Shown here one piece after another: positions 31,105 to 42,318 of a DNA stretch of 64,000 nucleotides. Made by a program: the position numbers and the translations under genes. Source of the stretch: Reclinomonas americana ATCC 50394 (taxonomy: Eukaryota); the NCBI GenBank assembly GCA_048213135.1, contig PS015010.1, positions 1,488,001-1,552,000 of the forward strand, read 5' to 3'. A model generated the notes under the pieces. It searched no databases. It was given only the letters and a program-made list of their open reading frames with translations, and had not been told where the DNA came from. Within the stretch, counting starts at the first letter, position 1. The number at the start of each line of letters is the position of its first letter.

Positions 31105-31258
31105 GAATGTGCGGATGAGAAGATTTGAAGATGTGCTAATGGAGAAAGATTCTTCGCTTCGCTGTGAATGGGATCCTTCGCTTCGCTGAAATGTGAATGA
31201 GATCCTTCGCTGTGAATGGGATCCTTCGCTTCGCTCAGGATAAAATTCGTAATTAAAA
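31105..31258 (-). repeat. REP/MITE-like element, copy A (about 4 imperfect AGCGAAGCGAAGGATC units)
   Basis: Reverse complement matches the element at 36748-37010, including the end tttaattacgaattttatcctg. Confidence 0.85.
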
Positions 31259-31259
31259 T

Positions 31260-31766
31260 ATGTCTTTCTCACAAACCTTCCTCGACTCCGTTGTAAAACG
31301 CCTCCTCGGCTATAAGGTACTGGCCGAAAAAACATTCGAACAGTTAAGCGAAGCGGATATGCACTATGCACCCAATGAGACCAGCAACAGCGTGGCCATT
31401 ATCATCCGCCATATGGCCGGGAATATGCTTAGCCGCTGGACCGACTTCCTCACAACCGACGGGGAAAAGGACTGGCGTAACCGCGACTCGGAATTTGAAG
31501 ACCCGCAGCAAACCAAAGCCGAATTGCTGGCCTTTTGGGAAAAAGGATGGCAATGCTGCCTGCAGGCGATACAGGGACTGGAAGAAACCGACCTGGAAAA
31601 GACCATTACCATCCGGCAGGAACCACTTTCCGTTATTGACGCCATTAACCGGCAACTGGCACACTACCCCTATCATGTGGGGCAGATCATATATATTGGT
31701 AAGATCCTTAAAGACCAGGACTGGAAGAACCTGTCCATGCCCAAGAAACAAGCCTCCGGGTCATAA
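31260..31766 (+). CDS. DUF1572 (DinB-like) protein
   Basis: SNSVAIIIRHMAGNMLSRWTDFLTTDGEK.WRNRD.EF, HYPYHVGQI. Confidence 0.9.
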   Translation: MSFSQTFLDSVVKRLLGYKVLAEKTFEQLSEADMHYAPNETSNSVAIIIRHMAGNMLSRWTDFLTTDGEKDWRNRDSEFEDPQQTKAELLAFWEKGWQCCLQAIQGLEETDLEKTITIRQEPLSVIDAINRQLAHYPYHVGQIIYIGKILKDQDWKNLSMPKKQASGS

Positions 31767-31946
31767 AAACAGCCTGGAGAAACAAGGGCATTCATAATTT
31801 ATAATTCGTAATTGTCAATTGATACAGATTCATAATTTATCCCTAAAACTCCCGGAACATATAATTTCCCCGCACCATATGCAAAAGTTTGGTATTGAAT
31901 TTGCCTTTAGCGGCTGAATAGCTATTTTTACATCTAATAAGGAACC

Positions 31947-34900
31947 CTGCGCAGATTCTTCAAAATATTAAAAAGGACACTGCTGGCACTGCTTTTACTG
32001 CTGGTACTGGCATATATTGCCATAAACATACCCTTTGTACAGAACTGGGCGGCGCAAAAAGTAGCGGCACATTTTTCCAAAAAACTGCAGACAAAGGTCT
32101 CCATTAAATATGTAAGTTTCTCCCTGTTCAATAAACTGCGGCTGGAAGGCGTGCTGGTGGAAGACCGCCAGAAAGATACCCTCCTCTATGCCGGCGAGGC
32201 GAAGATCAATATTACCGACTGGTTCTTCCTGAAAGATGAAGCCACCATCAAATATGTGGGACTGTCTGATGCCGTGGTGAACATGAAACGCACCGATTCT
32301 GTATGGAACTACCAGTTCCTGGTAGACTATTTTTCCAGCCCCAAAAAGTCAACATCAAGTTCAGGCACTTCCATCGACTTTGGTTTGAAAGTGCTGGAAC
32401 TGAAAAATATCCGTTTCAACAAGATCGACAAATGGGCCGGGCAGGATATGGTGGTTAGTCTTGGTAAACTCGATCTTGATGCCGACATACTGGATTTTAA
32501 GAACAAGCAGGTAGTTATTTCACGCCTCGATCTTGACAAGCCCTTCTTCTTCCAGTCCAACTATACGGGCCTGAAGCCCCGCGGACCTGAGAACCTCGGA
32601 GAGATCGCTCAAAAGATCCCTGTTATATCGGCATTAAAATGGAACACCGGCGACTGGAAAGTGACGGTAAAAAAACTGCATGTGAACCAGGCCAGTTTTG
32701 CCAATGAACGGGAAACGGAAAGGGTTCCCTATGTGGGCCAGTTCGACGGGCAGCACCTGCTCTTCACCGATATTACCGGCGACCTGAACAATGTACAGTT
32801 TAAAGGCGACACCCTTACTGCCAGCATCAACCTGGCAGCGAGGGAGAAAAGCGGCTTTACGGTAAAAAAGATACAGTCTAACCTGAAGTTCACACCCGAT
32901 ATCATGGAATTCAGCGACCTGTTGCTGGAAACCAATCAGAGCAGGATCACCAACTATTATTCCATGCAATACAAAGACTTCAGTGGTGATCTGAGTAATT
33001 TCCTCCATAATGTTGTATTGGAAGGACGTTTTGATAACAGCGTGATCGCAAGTGACGATATCGCCTTCTTCGCTCCATCACTCAAAACATGGAAACGCAC
33101 TTTCCAGGTGAATGGCACCGCCAAAGGAACCGTAGATAATATTTCCGCGAAAAAACTGGTACTGAAAAGCGGTAATACCTATGTAGACGGCGACATTGCC
33201 CTGAGGGGACTGCCCGATATCAAGACCACGTTCATCGATTTCAGATCGAATGACCTGCAGACGAATTACCAGGATATGACCACCATCATACCCCTGCTGA
33301 AAAAAGTTACCCAACCCAAACTATCGCAACTCGGCAATATCAGGTTTAAAGGCAATTTTACAGGTTTTATTACCGACTTTGTGGCTTTCGGCAATATACA
33401 GACCAGCCTGGGCTCGCTTAATGCCGACCTCAACATGAAACTGCCGGAAAAAGGCGCTCCTGTATATTCCGGTAAAATATCCTCACCAGGCTTTAACCTG
33501 GGCAGGTTCCTCAACAGCAATGACCTGGGTACCGTGGCGCTGGATGGAAAAATAAGCGGCACCGGTTTCAACCGCCGTGACCTGGATATGAACTTCGACG
33601 GTAAAGTACACCGGCTGGATCTGAATGGTTATTCTTACCAGAACATTACCGTAAAAGGCGATTTCAAGAAAAACCTGTTCAGCGGCCTCCTCAGCATCAA
33701 TGACCCCAACCTGAAGATCGACGACCTTACCGGTTCGCTTACCCTCTCCCGTGATGAAACGAAATTCAGTTTTGATGCCCTGCTCAAATATGCCAACCTG
33801 AAAAATCTTAAACTGACCGATGAGAATTTCACACTCAATGGCAACCTCAATGTGGATTTTGAAGGCAATAATATCGACAATTTTTTGGGCGCCGCTCGTG
33901 TGTATAATGCGTCGCTGATGCATGACAGCACCCGGCTTTCGTTTGATTCACTGGTGCTGCGCTCTTCCACCAACAACGTTACCGGGCAAAAAGTACTGAC
34001 CCTGCAATCCAACGAATTTGAAGGCGATGTCACCGGCGATTTCAAGATCATGGAACTGCCCTCCGCGTTCCAGCTCTTCCTCAACCGCTACTACCCCACT
34101 TACATAAAAAAACCAACGCACGCCATCAGCAACCAGGATTTCAGTTTCCTGTTCAAAACACGGCAGGTGGATGAATATGTAAAACTGCTCGATAAGCGGC
34201 TGGGTGGTTTCAATAATTCGACGTTTTCAGGCGACATCAAGATCCCCGGCAACCAGCTCAACTTCAGCGCGGATGTGCCGGAGTTTAGTTACGACGGCAA
34301 ACGTTTTTCAGATGTGGTACTGAAAAGCAAAGGCGACCTGGATTCTTTGTCCACCAGCATTACCATGAGTGATGTATACCTCAGCGACAGCCTGCACCTG
34401 CCCAATACACAACTTACCATTTCTTCGTCCAACGATATTTCCAACGTAACGCTGAAAACAAGTGCCAGTAAAACACTCAGTGATGCCCAACTGAATGCCC
34501 GTGTACAAACACTCAGCGATGGTGTGTCCATTGATTTCTTTAACTCATCCTTTATCATCAATGATAAAAAATGGAACCTCGAAAAAGACGGGCACCTTAC
34601 TATACGTAAATCATCTCTCGAAGCCAGGGATGTCAGGTTCACCAGCGGTAACCAGGAGATCGTGATCTCTACCGAAATGGATGAGCTCACCGATCATACC
34701 AACCTCATTGCCCGGATCAGGAAAGTCAACATCGGCGACTTCACTCCTTTCTTCCTGAAACAACCAAAACTGGAAGGCGTACTAACGGGAACGATTATAC
34801 TGAAAGAACCATTCGGCCGCCAGATCGTAGAGTTTGACGCTGAAGCGGAAGACTTTGCGCTGGATGGCAAACGTATTGGCACCACCAAAATAAAAGGCGA

Positions 34901-36740
34901 CCTCAATCCCACCAGCGGCATCCTCAATATTGATGCTAATGCTGATGATACCGCATATAAATTCAGTGTAAAAGGAAGCATCAATATCAAAGACACAACC
35001 GGCAATGGTATGAACCTCGACTTTGTGGCCGACCGGTTCGATGTCAGCATTCTCGATAATTACCTGGGCAGCGTATTCTCCGGTCTGCAGGGCGATGCCA
35101 AAAGCAACCTCAAGATCAGTTCCGAAAATGGCCGCCGCACCCTCACCGGCAGTGTGACCATCACCGGCGGAGCACTCACGGTAAAGTATACCCAGTGTAA
35201 ATATCTTTTTGATAATGAAACGATCATCTTTAACCCGGATGAGATCGACATAGGTACCCTGCAACTGCGGGACACGCTGGGCAATACCGGCACCGCCAGT
35301 GGTAAGATACAGCACCAGTTCTTCAGCGAGTTCGGGTTTGACAGGCTGCTGTTCAAAACCGATAACGACAGGATGCTGCTGCTGAATACCACGCGACGCG
35401 ACAACGGCCAGTTTTATGGAAAGGTATTCGGGCGGGCTACCCTCACGCTCGACGGACCTGTTACCGATATGCGCATGAATATTGACGGTGCTCCTTCTAC
35501 CGTCGACAGCAGCCACATCTACCTGCTAACGGGAACGAGCAGCCGCGAATCGGGCACCATCGATTATATAGAATTCATACAGTACGGTGCCAAAATGGAA
35601 GACGCCTATATTGGTAAAAAGGAATCCAATATGGTGGTGAATATTGATGTAACTGCCAATCCCGCCTGTAAAGTAGACGTTATACTCGATGAAGAAACAG
35701 GCGATGCCATCAGGGGCAGCGGTGATGGCAAACTTAATATTACTGTGGGCACCCGCGAGCCGCTGAGAATATACGGCGGCTACAATATCACCAACGGACA
35801 GTATACCTTTAACTTTCAGACCCTGCTGAAAAAATTCTTTACGGTAAGACAGGGCTCCATCACCTGGAATGGAGATCCGCTGGAAGCAAGGGTGAATATA
35901 GAAGCCGAATACCTTGCCGAAAAAGTGGATGTAACCAGTCTTAATCCTTCTTACATACAGCGGGAAGACATCACCATTGTGGCACGCATCAGTGGTACGC
36001 TGAAGAAACCGGAGATCAAATTCGATTTCAAATTCGCAGAGAACAGCGCGCTGAGCAAAGACTTCTTCGCACTGAAAAAGATCGATGACATTAAGAACGA
36101 TAATAACGAGATGTTCAAACAGGTGGCCAGCCTGCTGCTGGTGAATTCGTTCATCTCCACCGACCAGAGCTTCCTTACAGGAGGTAATACACTGGCGCTG
36201 GCTACCAATACCATCGGAGGTATTATTTCCGGATGGCTGTCGAACCTGTTCAACAAAGAGCTGGAGAAAGCCACCAACGGTATCCTGTCTACTTACTTCG
36301 ACATCAACTCCAGTCTCGATCTGCAGAGAGCGGCTTTGCTGCAGGCCAATGTGAGTGCAGGTTTCAAGATCGTACTCAGCAGGAGGCTGATCGTACTGAT
36401 CGGTGGTAACCTTGACTATAACAATCCTTACGCGTCGCTGGCCCGCAAGGGGTTACTGACGCCAGATATCAACATTGAATGGCTGCTGAATAAAGATGGT
36501 TCCCTGCGGGTGGTGGGCTTCAACCGCACCAGCGTGGACCTTACATTCGGCCAGCGTAACCGTTCGGGTGTAAAACTCTCCTACCGTAAAGACTTTGACA
36601 AACTCTTCCTGAGCCGCGAGGAAAGAAAGAAAAGACAACTCCGGAAAAAAGAAATGGAGGAAAAAATGAAGAAGGAAAAAGAACTGGAAGAAAAGAAGAA
36701 AAAAGAAGAGGAACTCAGGATTGTTCCGGTTAACTCATAA
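31947..36740 (+). CDS. tamB: translocation/assembly module TamB (DUF490)
   Basis: Long beta-taco-like protein with a C-terminal DUF490-like region. The frame extends upstream of 32151 to CTG 31947, which supplies the N-terminal TM anchor. Confidence 0.85.
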   Translation: MRRFFKILKRTLLALLLLLVLAYIAINIPFVQNWAAQKVAAHFSKKLQTKVSIKYVSFSLFNKLRLEGVLVEDRQKDTLLYAGEAKINITDWFFLKDEATIKYVGLSDAVVNMKRTDSVWNYQFLVDYFSSPKKSTSSSGTSIDFGLKVLELKNIRFNKIDKWAGQDMVVSLGKLDLDADILDFKNKQVVISRLDLDKPFFFQSNYTGLKPRGPENLGEIAQKIPVISALKWNTGDWKVTVKKLHVNQASFANERETERVPYVGQFDGQHLLFTDITGDLNNVQFKGDTLTASINLAAREKSGFTVKKIQSNLKFTPDIMEFSDLLLETNQSRITNYYSMQYKDFSGDLSNFLHNVVLEGRFDNSVIASDDIAFFAPSLKTWKRTFQVNGTAKGTVDNISAKKLVLKSGNTYVDGDIALRGLPDIKTTFIDFRSNDLQTNYQDMTTIIPLLKKVTQPKLSQLGNIRFKGNFTGFITDFVAFGNIQTSLGSLNADLNMKLPEKGAPVYSGKISSPGFNLGRFLNSNDLGTVALDGKISGTGFNRRDLDMNFDGKVHRLDLNGYSYQNITVKGDFKKNLFSGLLSINDPNLKIDDLTGSLTLSRDETKFSFDALLKYANLKNLKLTDENFTLNGNLNVDFEGNNIDNFLGAARVYNASLMHDSTRLSFDSLVLRSSTNNVTGQKVLTLQSNEFEGDVTGDFKIMELPSAFQLFLNRYYPTYIKKPTHAISNQDFSFLFKTRQVDEYVKLLDKRLGGFNNSTFSGDIKIPGNQLNFSADVPEFSYDGKRFSDVVLKSKGDLDSLSTSITMSDVYLSDSLHLPNTQLTISSSNDISNVTLKTSASKTLSDAQLNARVQTLSDGVSIDFFNSSFIINDKKWNLEKDGHLTIRKSSLEARDVRFTSGNQEIVISTEMDELTDHTNLIARIRKVNIGDFTPFFLKQPKLEGVLTGTIILKEPFGRQIVEFDAEAEDFALDGKRIGTTKIKGDLNPTSGILNIDANADDTAYKFSVKGSINIKDTTGNGMNLDFVADRFDVSILDNYLGSVFSGLQGDAKSNLKISSENGRRTLTGSVTITGGALTVKYTQCKYLFDNETIIFNPDEIDIGTLQLRDTLGNTGTASGKIQHQFFSEFGFDRLLFKTDNDRMLLLNTTRRDNGQFYGKVFGRATLTLDGPVTDMRMNIDGAPSTVDSSHIYLLTGTSSRESGTIDYIEFIQYGAKMEDAYIGKKESNMVVNIDVTANPACKVDVILDEETGDAIRGSGDGKLNITVGTREPLRIYGGYNITNGQYTFNFQTLLKKFFTVRQGSITWNGDPLEARVNIEAEYLAEKVDVTSLNPSYIQREDITIVARISGTLKKPEIKFDFKFAENSALSKDFFALKKIDDIKNDNNEMFKQVASLLLVNSFISTDQSFLTGGNTLALATNTIGGIISGWLSNLFNKELEKATNGILSTYFDINSSLDLQRAALLQANVSAGFKIVLSRRLIVLIGGNLDYNNPYASLARKGLLTPDINIEWLLNKDGSLRVVGFNRTSVDLTFGQRNRSGVKLSYRKDFDKLFLSREERKKRQLRKKEMEEKMKKEKELEEKKKKEEELRIVPVNS

Positions 36741-36747
36741 CTGATAA

Positions 36748-37010
36748 TTTAATTACGAATTTTATCCTGAGCGAAGCGAAGGATCTCATTCACAGCGAAG
36801 CGAAGGATCTCGTTCACAGCGAAGCGAAGGATCTCGTTCACAGGGAAGCGAAGGATCTCATTCACAGCGAAGCGAAGGATCTCGTTCACAGCGAAGCGAA
36901 GGATCTCGTTCACAGCGAAGCGAAGGATCTTTCTTCATCGGCACAACTTGTCCCGCAGAAGGCGGGATATTCGAATCAGCACATTTTCAAATCAACTCAT
37001 CCGCATATTC
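36748..37010 (+). repeat. REP/MITE-like element, copy B: 7 x 17-bp core, 24-bp period
   Basis: AGCGAAGCGAAGGATCT at 36770, 36794, 36818, 36842 (1 mismatch), 36866, 36890 and 36914, separated by c(a/g)ttcac. Confidence 0.92.
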
Positions 37011-37035
37011 ACCCATCCGCATATTTGCATATTCT

Positions 37036-38241
37036 CTAAATCCCGTTCAATATCTCGTGTCCTAATTTATCCCTTTTTGTTTTGAGGTATTTTTCGTTGT
37101 GCGGGTTGGAAGCGATCTCGATGGGCAGTGTTTCCACGATCTCGAGACCATAGCCCAGCAGGCCGGCTCTTTTGCGGGGATTATTGCTCATGAGGCGCAT
37201 TTTGCTGATGCCCATATGACGGAGTATCTGGGCGCCTACACCATAGTCGCGGTCATCCATTCCAAAACCCAGCTCCAGGTTGGCTTCCACGGTATCGCGG
37301 CCTTCTTCCTGCAGTTTGTAGGCTTTTAATTTGTTGAGCAGTCCAATGCCCCTGCCCTCCTGGTTCATGTACAGGATCAGTCCTTTTCCCGCTTTTTCCA
37401 CCATCTTCATAGCATGATGGAGTTGTTCGCCGCAATCGCAGCGGAGCGAGCCCAGTATGTCGCCGGTCATGCAACTGCTGTGTACACGTACCAGTACCGG
37501 TTCGTCTTTTTCCCAGTCGCCTTTTTTCAGCGCCATGTGCATTTCGCCGGTATTGAGTTGTTCGAATGCCACCAGTTCAAAATCGCCGTAGCGTGTAGGC
37601 AGCGACACCCTTACCTCTTCGCGAATGAGCGTTTCCTGTTTCAGGCGGTATTCGATAAGGTCTTTTATAGATATCAGTTTGAGGTCGAATTTTTTGGCGA
37701 TCTCCTGCAGTTGCGGCAGGCGGGCCATAGAGCCATCTTCATTCATGATCTCAACCAATACCCCGGCGGGCGGAAAACCGGCCAGGCGGGCAAGGTCGAT
37801 CGTGGCTTCGGTATGACCGGAGCGGCGCAATACCCCTCCTTTTTTAGCTTTCAGCGGGAAAATATGCCCCGGGCGGCCCAGGTGTTCGGGTAAAGTACCA
37901 GGATTAACCAGCGCCTGCACTGTTTTGGACCTGTCGTGGGCAGATATTCCGGTCGTACAGCCATTGCCCAGCAGGTCGACACTAACCGTAAAAGCGGTTT
38001 CGTGAAGCGAGGTATTATCACTTACCATAGGTTGCAGCAGCAACTCCTGGCAACGCTCCTCGGTAATGGGGGCGCAGATGAGGCCACGTCCATGTATACT
38101 CATGAAATTGATGATCTCGGGGGTAACATTACTAGCCGCGGTAATGAAATCTCCTTCATTTTCACGGTCTTCATCATCTACCACGATCACCAGTTTGCCA
38201 TTTTTAATGTCTTCGATAGCACTTTCAATACTGTCCAGCAT
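37036..38241 (-). CDS. ribBA: bifunctional DHBP synthase / GTP cyclohydrolase II
   Basis: [44 protein letters not shown]. Confidence 0.97.
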   Translation of the reverse strand: MLDSIESAIEDIKNGKLVIVVDDEDRENEGDFITAASNVTPEIINFMSIHGRGLICAPITEERCQELLLQPMVSDNTSLHETAFTVSVDLLGNGCTTGISAHDRSKTVQALVNPGTLPEHLGRPGHIFPLKAKKGGVLRRSGHTEATIDLARLAGFPPAGVLVEIMNEDGSMARLPQLQEIAKKFDLKLISIKDLIEYRLKQETLIREEVRVSLPTRYGDFELVAFEQLNTGEMHMALKKGDWEKDEPVLVRVHSSCMTGDILGSLRCDCGEQLHHAMKMVEKAGKGLILYMNQEGRGIGLLNKLKAYKLQEEGRDTVEANLELGFGMDDRDYGVGAQILRHMGISKMRLMSNNPRKRAGLLGYGLEIVETLPIEIASNPHNEKYLKTKRDKLGHEILNGI

Positions 38242-38703
38242 AATTTTTCAATTGTTGCGCAAAGTTAACAAGGTTTGGGCTTGCAGGATTTTCGGTTTTG
38301 GTAATTCTTTACATTTTAACCAATCGGGAAAAACGGAGCCGGGGCAGCCTGTGTAATGCATAAGAAAATATAAGCATATGAAAAATGCAGCGCCAAATCC
38401 CGTAGAAAATCAGCCAATTTACTCATTATCAATAACTTAATTTTTACTTTATTCATCTCAACCCTTGCCCAGCGGGAAAAAGGGATTTCCGGCGGAAACA
38501 GGCATTTTTCCGCATAAACAGGAGACTTTGCGGGGTGTAAAAAATGTGCTGAAAAAAAGGGCAAAAATGAAAGGATGAAAACGGCTCTTTTCTTTTATGG
38601 ATGCAACTATTAAGAACAAACGATTGCCTAACATTTTGTTAATAAAAGATGGCTGTATTTCGCCAATTATTCGCTTTCTTTGCCAACGTAAAACAAAACT
38701 AAT

Positions 38704-41700
38704 ATGAGCTTTAAGAAAATTTTACCCTTACTTGTCACTCTTATGTCTGTAGGTCTCCTCGCGGGGGCGCAGGTTACGACCAGTAGTATTTCTGGTGTGG
38801 TAAAGAATAAGAGCGGCAACCCGCTTTCGGGCGCCTCTATTACAGCGACCCACGTACCCACAGGAACCGTTTATACGGCCGGAGCCCGCAGCGGTGGCCG
38901 GTTCGATATCAACAACATGAATCCTGGCGGGCCTTACACCATTACCGCAAGTTTTGTGGGTTATGAAACAGATAAAAAAGAAGAAGTATACCTGGTACTG
39001 GGCGATGTTCAGCGTATCGATTTCCAGCTGAACGACAAATCCACCCAGCTGGAAGCTGTTGTAGTATCAGGCACAGCCCGTGCAGGCGGTGTTAAAACCG
39101 GTAATGAGACCCAGATCGGAAGGGACAAATTAGCTGTTTTACCTACCATCGGCCGTAACCTGAACGACTTCGTTCGTTTTACGCCACAAGCCAAGATCAC
39201 TTCAACAGGCGGTATGTCCATCGCCGGTCAAAATAACCGTTACAACGGCTTCCTTATCGACGGTGCCGTTAACAACGACGTATTTGGTCTGAGCGACCAG
39301 GGTACCAACGGTGGTCGTGCCGGTACACCTCCTATCAGCATCGACGCGGTTGACCAGATTGTTGTTCAACTGTCGCCTTATGATGCTGCCCTGGGTAACT
39401 TCACCGGTGGCGCTATCAATGCCATCACCAAATCAGGTACCAACCAGTTCCATGGTTCTGCTTACTATATTTTCCGTAACCAGGACATGGCCGGTAAAAC
39501 ACCAGGCCCTCTGCCTGACAGCGCCCGTGTGAAGCTGGCTGATTTCAAAAACCAGACTTATGGTTTTACCATCGGCGGTCCCATCATCAAAAACAAGGCT
39601 TTCTTCTTTATCAACGCGGAAATGCAGAAAGACAGCAGGCCTCAGCCTTTCAGCCCGGTTAATCCTGCTACTTATAACATCAAGGACAGTATCACCAAAC
39701 TGGTTAACTTCCTGAAAACAAAATACAACTACGATCCGGGTGATTACCTGAATAACCCCGATGATATTGACCGTGTGAATGTGAACAGCCGTTTTGATTT
39801 CAACATCAACAGCAAAAACAAACTCACACTCAGCTACCGTTATACCAAAACAGAAAGGATCAACCCTTCACGCAGTACGAATACAACCATCAACTTCGTG
39901 AACAGCGCAGAATACTTCCCTTCTACCACACACTCAGGTAACGCGGAACTGAATACCAAATTCAGCAACAAAGCCAATAACAAGCTGAGGGTTTCCTTTA
40001 CCAATGTAGTTGACGATCGTGGTCCTACAGGCGATCCTTTCCCTGCAGTTACCCTGCAGTCTTTCAATGGCGGTCCTACTATCAACTTCGGTACAGAAGC
40101 CGCTTCTTCAGCTAACCTGCTGAAACAAACCATTATCAACTTCTACGATGCCTTCAAATGGTACAGGGGTAAACACGCCTTCACCATTGGTGCCGACGTT
40201 GACTTCAACAAATCTTACAACCTCTTTATCAACAGGGCCTACAGCCTGTACGCTTACAACAACCTGGGTTCAGGTGCTACCACTATCGGTTCTTTACAGG
40301 CCTTTATGGAAGACCGCGGTGCCCAGCGTATCAGGAGGGGTTACTCCCTTGTGGATGACAACAGCAAAGGTGGCGACCTGGCTACCAATTCTGCTGCCAA
40401 CTTCAAATCCATCCGTTTAGGTTTCTTTGTGAACGATGATATCAAGATCAACGATAAATTCACGCTGACCCTGGGTCTGCGTGCCGACAGGACCATGTTC
40501 ACCACTGCCGCTCCTGAAGATAAATTCTTCAACGATACGGCCAGGCCGGTTATCGCCGCGGTATACAACCTGGAAGGTGCACGTTCCGGTGGTAAATTCA
40601 AACCAGAATGGCAGTTCTCTCCCCGTATCGGTTTCAAATACGTACTGGATGAAGAAGGTCTTACCGTTCGCGGTGGTGTAGGCGTATTCGGCGGAAGGAC
40701 TCCGCTGGTATGGCCAGGCGGTGTTTACCAGAACAATGGTGTTACCATTGGCGCGCTGGATACCTCCCGCTCCGTTACCGCTGCCGGTACACAATACGGC
40801 CTGATGCTCAATGGCAGTCCCGTACCATTCAGGCCTGATGTGAACAATCAATATTCTCAGTCAGACTTCGGACTGGCTGCCAGCATCATCAAACCACAGG
40901 GTGATATGAACATCGTTGCCAAAAAATTCCACCTGCCTGCAGTGATCAGGGGATCACTGGGTGCGGATAAGAAACTGGGCAGCGGCTGGACAGCTACTTT
41001 CGACATGACCTATACCAAGAATATTTATGAAGTGGATTGGGTGAACGTGAACTTCGCTCCTCCTGCCACTACCACCACCGGCCCAGACGCCCGCCTGGTT
41101 TATTCTACCTCCGGCAGCCCTACAAGGCTCGTGTACAGGCCGACTGCTGCAACCGTTGCAGCCCGTAACCCGTATGGTAACGTTATCCTGATCAGGAATT
41201 CAACAGGTCAGAAAGGATTCTCTTATAACTTTACCGTAGGTATTGATAAGCAAACCAAAAAAGGATTGCAGTTCAACGCCAACTACACTTACGGAAACTC
41301 TCAGGTACACAATGAAGGTACCAGCTCCGTAAACACTTCCAACTGGCAGAATATGGAAGCCGTTAGCTCAAGGAATTACCTGGGGCTCACTACTTCCGAT
41401 TTCGATATGGGCCACAGGATCTTCGCCCTGGTATCTAAGAAATTCACTTATATGAAAGGCCGTATGGCAACTACCATCACTTTCACTTATAACGGACAAT
41501 CAGGAAGCGCTTACAGCTATACCATGAGTGGTAACAGCTTCATTGGTGATGGTGTTACTTTCAATGATCTCATGTATATTCCTGCCAGCAGGGCGGAAAT
41601 GGACCAGATGTCCTTCCCTACCAATGGCGCTCTTACCGAGACTATTCAGAAAGATCAGTTTGAAGAATTCATCCAGTCTGATAAATACCTGCGTACACAT

Positions 41701-42048
41701 CGCGGACAGTTTGCAGAACGTAACGGTGCAAGGGCTCCTTTCACCAATATCGTTGATGCCAACATCCAGCAGGATTTCTCTGTGAACACCGGTAAAACAA
41801 AACATACACTTTCTGTACGTTTTGATATCTTCAACCTGACCAACCTGATCGATAAGAATGCCGGCCGCCAGTACTTCTTCAACTTCGACCAGGCTCAGGT
41901 TGTACAGCTGGTTAGCTTCACCGGAACCAAACCTAACTACAGGTTCAACAAACCAGCCAACAACAAAGTAGGTGCTATCAGCGATGGTGTATCTCCTTTC
42001 AACAGCAGCCGCTGGACCGGTCAGCTGACCATCAGGTATTCTTTCTAA
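38704..42048 (+). CDS. TonB-dependent receptor (Oar-like)
   Basis: Signal peptide, carboxypeptidase-regulatory-like N-domain, plug motif GNFTGGAINAITKSGTN, C-terminal RYSF. Confidence 0.93.
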   Translation: MSFKKILPLLVTLMSVGLLAGAQVTTSSISGVVKNKSGNPLSGASITATHVPTGTVYTAGARSGGRFDINNMNPGGPYTITASFVGYETDKKEEVYLVLGDVQRIDFQLNDKSTQLEAVVVSGTARAGGVKTGNETQIGRDKLAVLPTIGRNLNDFVRFTPQAKITSTGGMSIAGQNNRYNGFLIDGAVNNDVFGLSDQGTNGGRAGTPPISIDAVDQIVVQLSPYDAALGNFTGGAINAITKSGTNQFHGSAYYIFRNQDMAGKTPGPLPDSARVKLADFKNQTYGFTIGGPIIKNKAFFFINAEMQKDSRPQPFSPVNPATYNIKDSITKLVNFLKTKYNYDPGDYLNNPDDIDRVNVNSRFDFNINSKNKLTLSYRYTKTERINPSRSTNTTINFVNSAEYFPSTTHSGNAELNTKFSNKANNKLRVSFTNVVDDRGPTGDPFPAVTLQSFNGGPTINFGTEAASSANLLKQTIINFYDAFKWYRGKHAFTIGADVDFNKSYNLFINRAYSLYAYNNLGSGATTIGSLQAFMEDRGAQRIRRGYSLVDDNSKGGDLATNSAANFKSIRLGFFVNDDIKINDKFTLTLGLRADRTMFTTAAPEDKFFNDTARPVIAAVYNLEGARSGGKFKPEWQFSPRIGFKYVLDEEGLTVRGGVGVFGGRTPLVWPGGVYQNNGVTIGALDTSRSVTAAGTQYGLMLNGSPVPFRPDVNNQYSQSDFGLAASIIKPQGDMNIVAKKFHLPAVIRGSLGADKKLGSGWTATFDMTYTKNIYEVDWVNVNFAPPATTTTGPDARLVYSTSGSPTRLVYRPTAATVAARNPYGNVILIRNSTGQKGFSYNFTVGIDKQTKKGLQFNANYTYGNSQVHNEGTSSVNTSNWQNMEAVSSRNYLGLTTSDFDMGHRIFALVSKKFTYMKGRMATTITFTYNGQSGSAYSYTMSGNSFIGDGVTFNDLMYIPASRAEMDQMSFPTNGALTETIQKDQFEEFIQSDKYLRTHRGQFAERNGARAPFTNIVDANIQQDFSVNTGKTKHTLSVRFDIFNLTNLIDKNAGRQYFFNFDQAQVVQLVSFTGTKPNYRFNKPANNKVGAISDGVSPFNSSRWTGQLTIRYSF

Positions 42049-42146
42049 GTATATTCAGAACATCTGTATAAAAAAACAGCCTCCATTCGTAGTGTTGTTT
42101 AGTTTTAGTTTAGTTAGTAGTTAGTTAACGTTTAACGTTTTACGTT

Positions 42147-42166
42147 NNNNNNNNNNNNNNNNNNNN
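42147..42166. other. assembly gap (20 N)
   Basis: Run of n inside what looks like a terminator hairpin (aaaaaaacagcct ... aggctgttttttt). Confidence 0.99.
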
Positions 42167-42318
42167 AGGCTGTTTTTTTATGTATAGATAACGTCTTTTA
42201 TTAAGTGATGGAAGATGAATGTACGGTATTGTTGTTTTGATGAATGGCTGCGGGATGGGAGCGGCACCGCAGCGAAGCGGAGGTACAGCGGACAGCCGGA
42301 ACTGAAGATGGAAAAAGA

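Noticed and set aside
30907-31371. 154-aa minus-strand ORF with repeated QRSEGSHS
   Set aside because: Translation of the DNA repeat element; overlaps ggt and DUF1572 antisense.
36620-36740. Highly charged K/E tail of TamB as a separate domain
   Set aside because: Low-complexity helical extension with no further support for a distinct function.
36770-36930. CRISPR array
   Set aside because: Spacers are 7 nt and near identical; no cas genes. It is a tandem repeat.
42084-42166. Microsatellite-like ttag/aacgttt tract
   Set aside because: It abuts the N gap and splits the two arms of a terminator; most likely low-quality read-end sequence.
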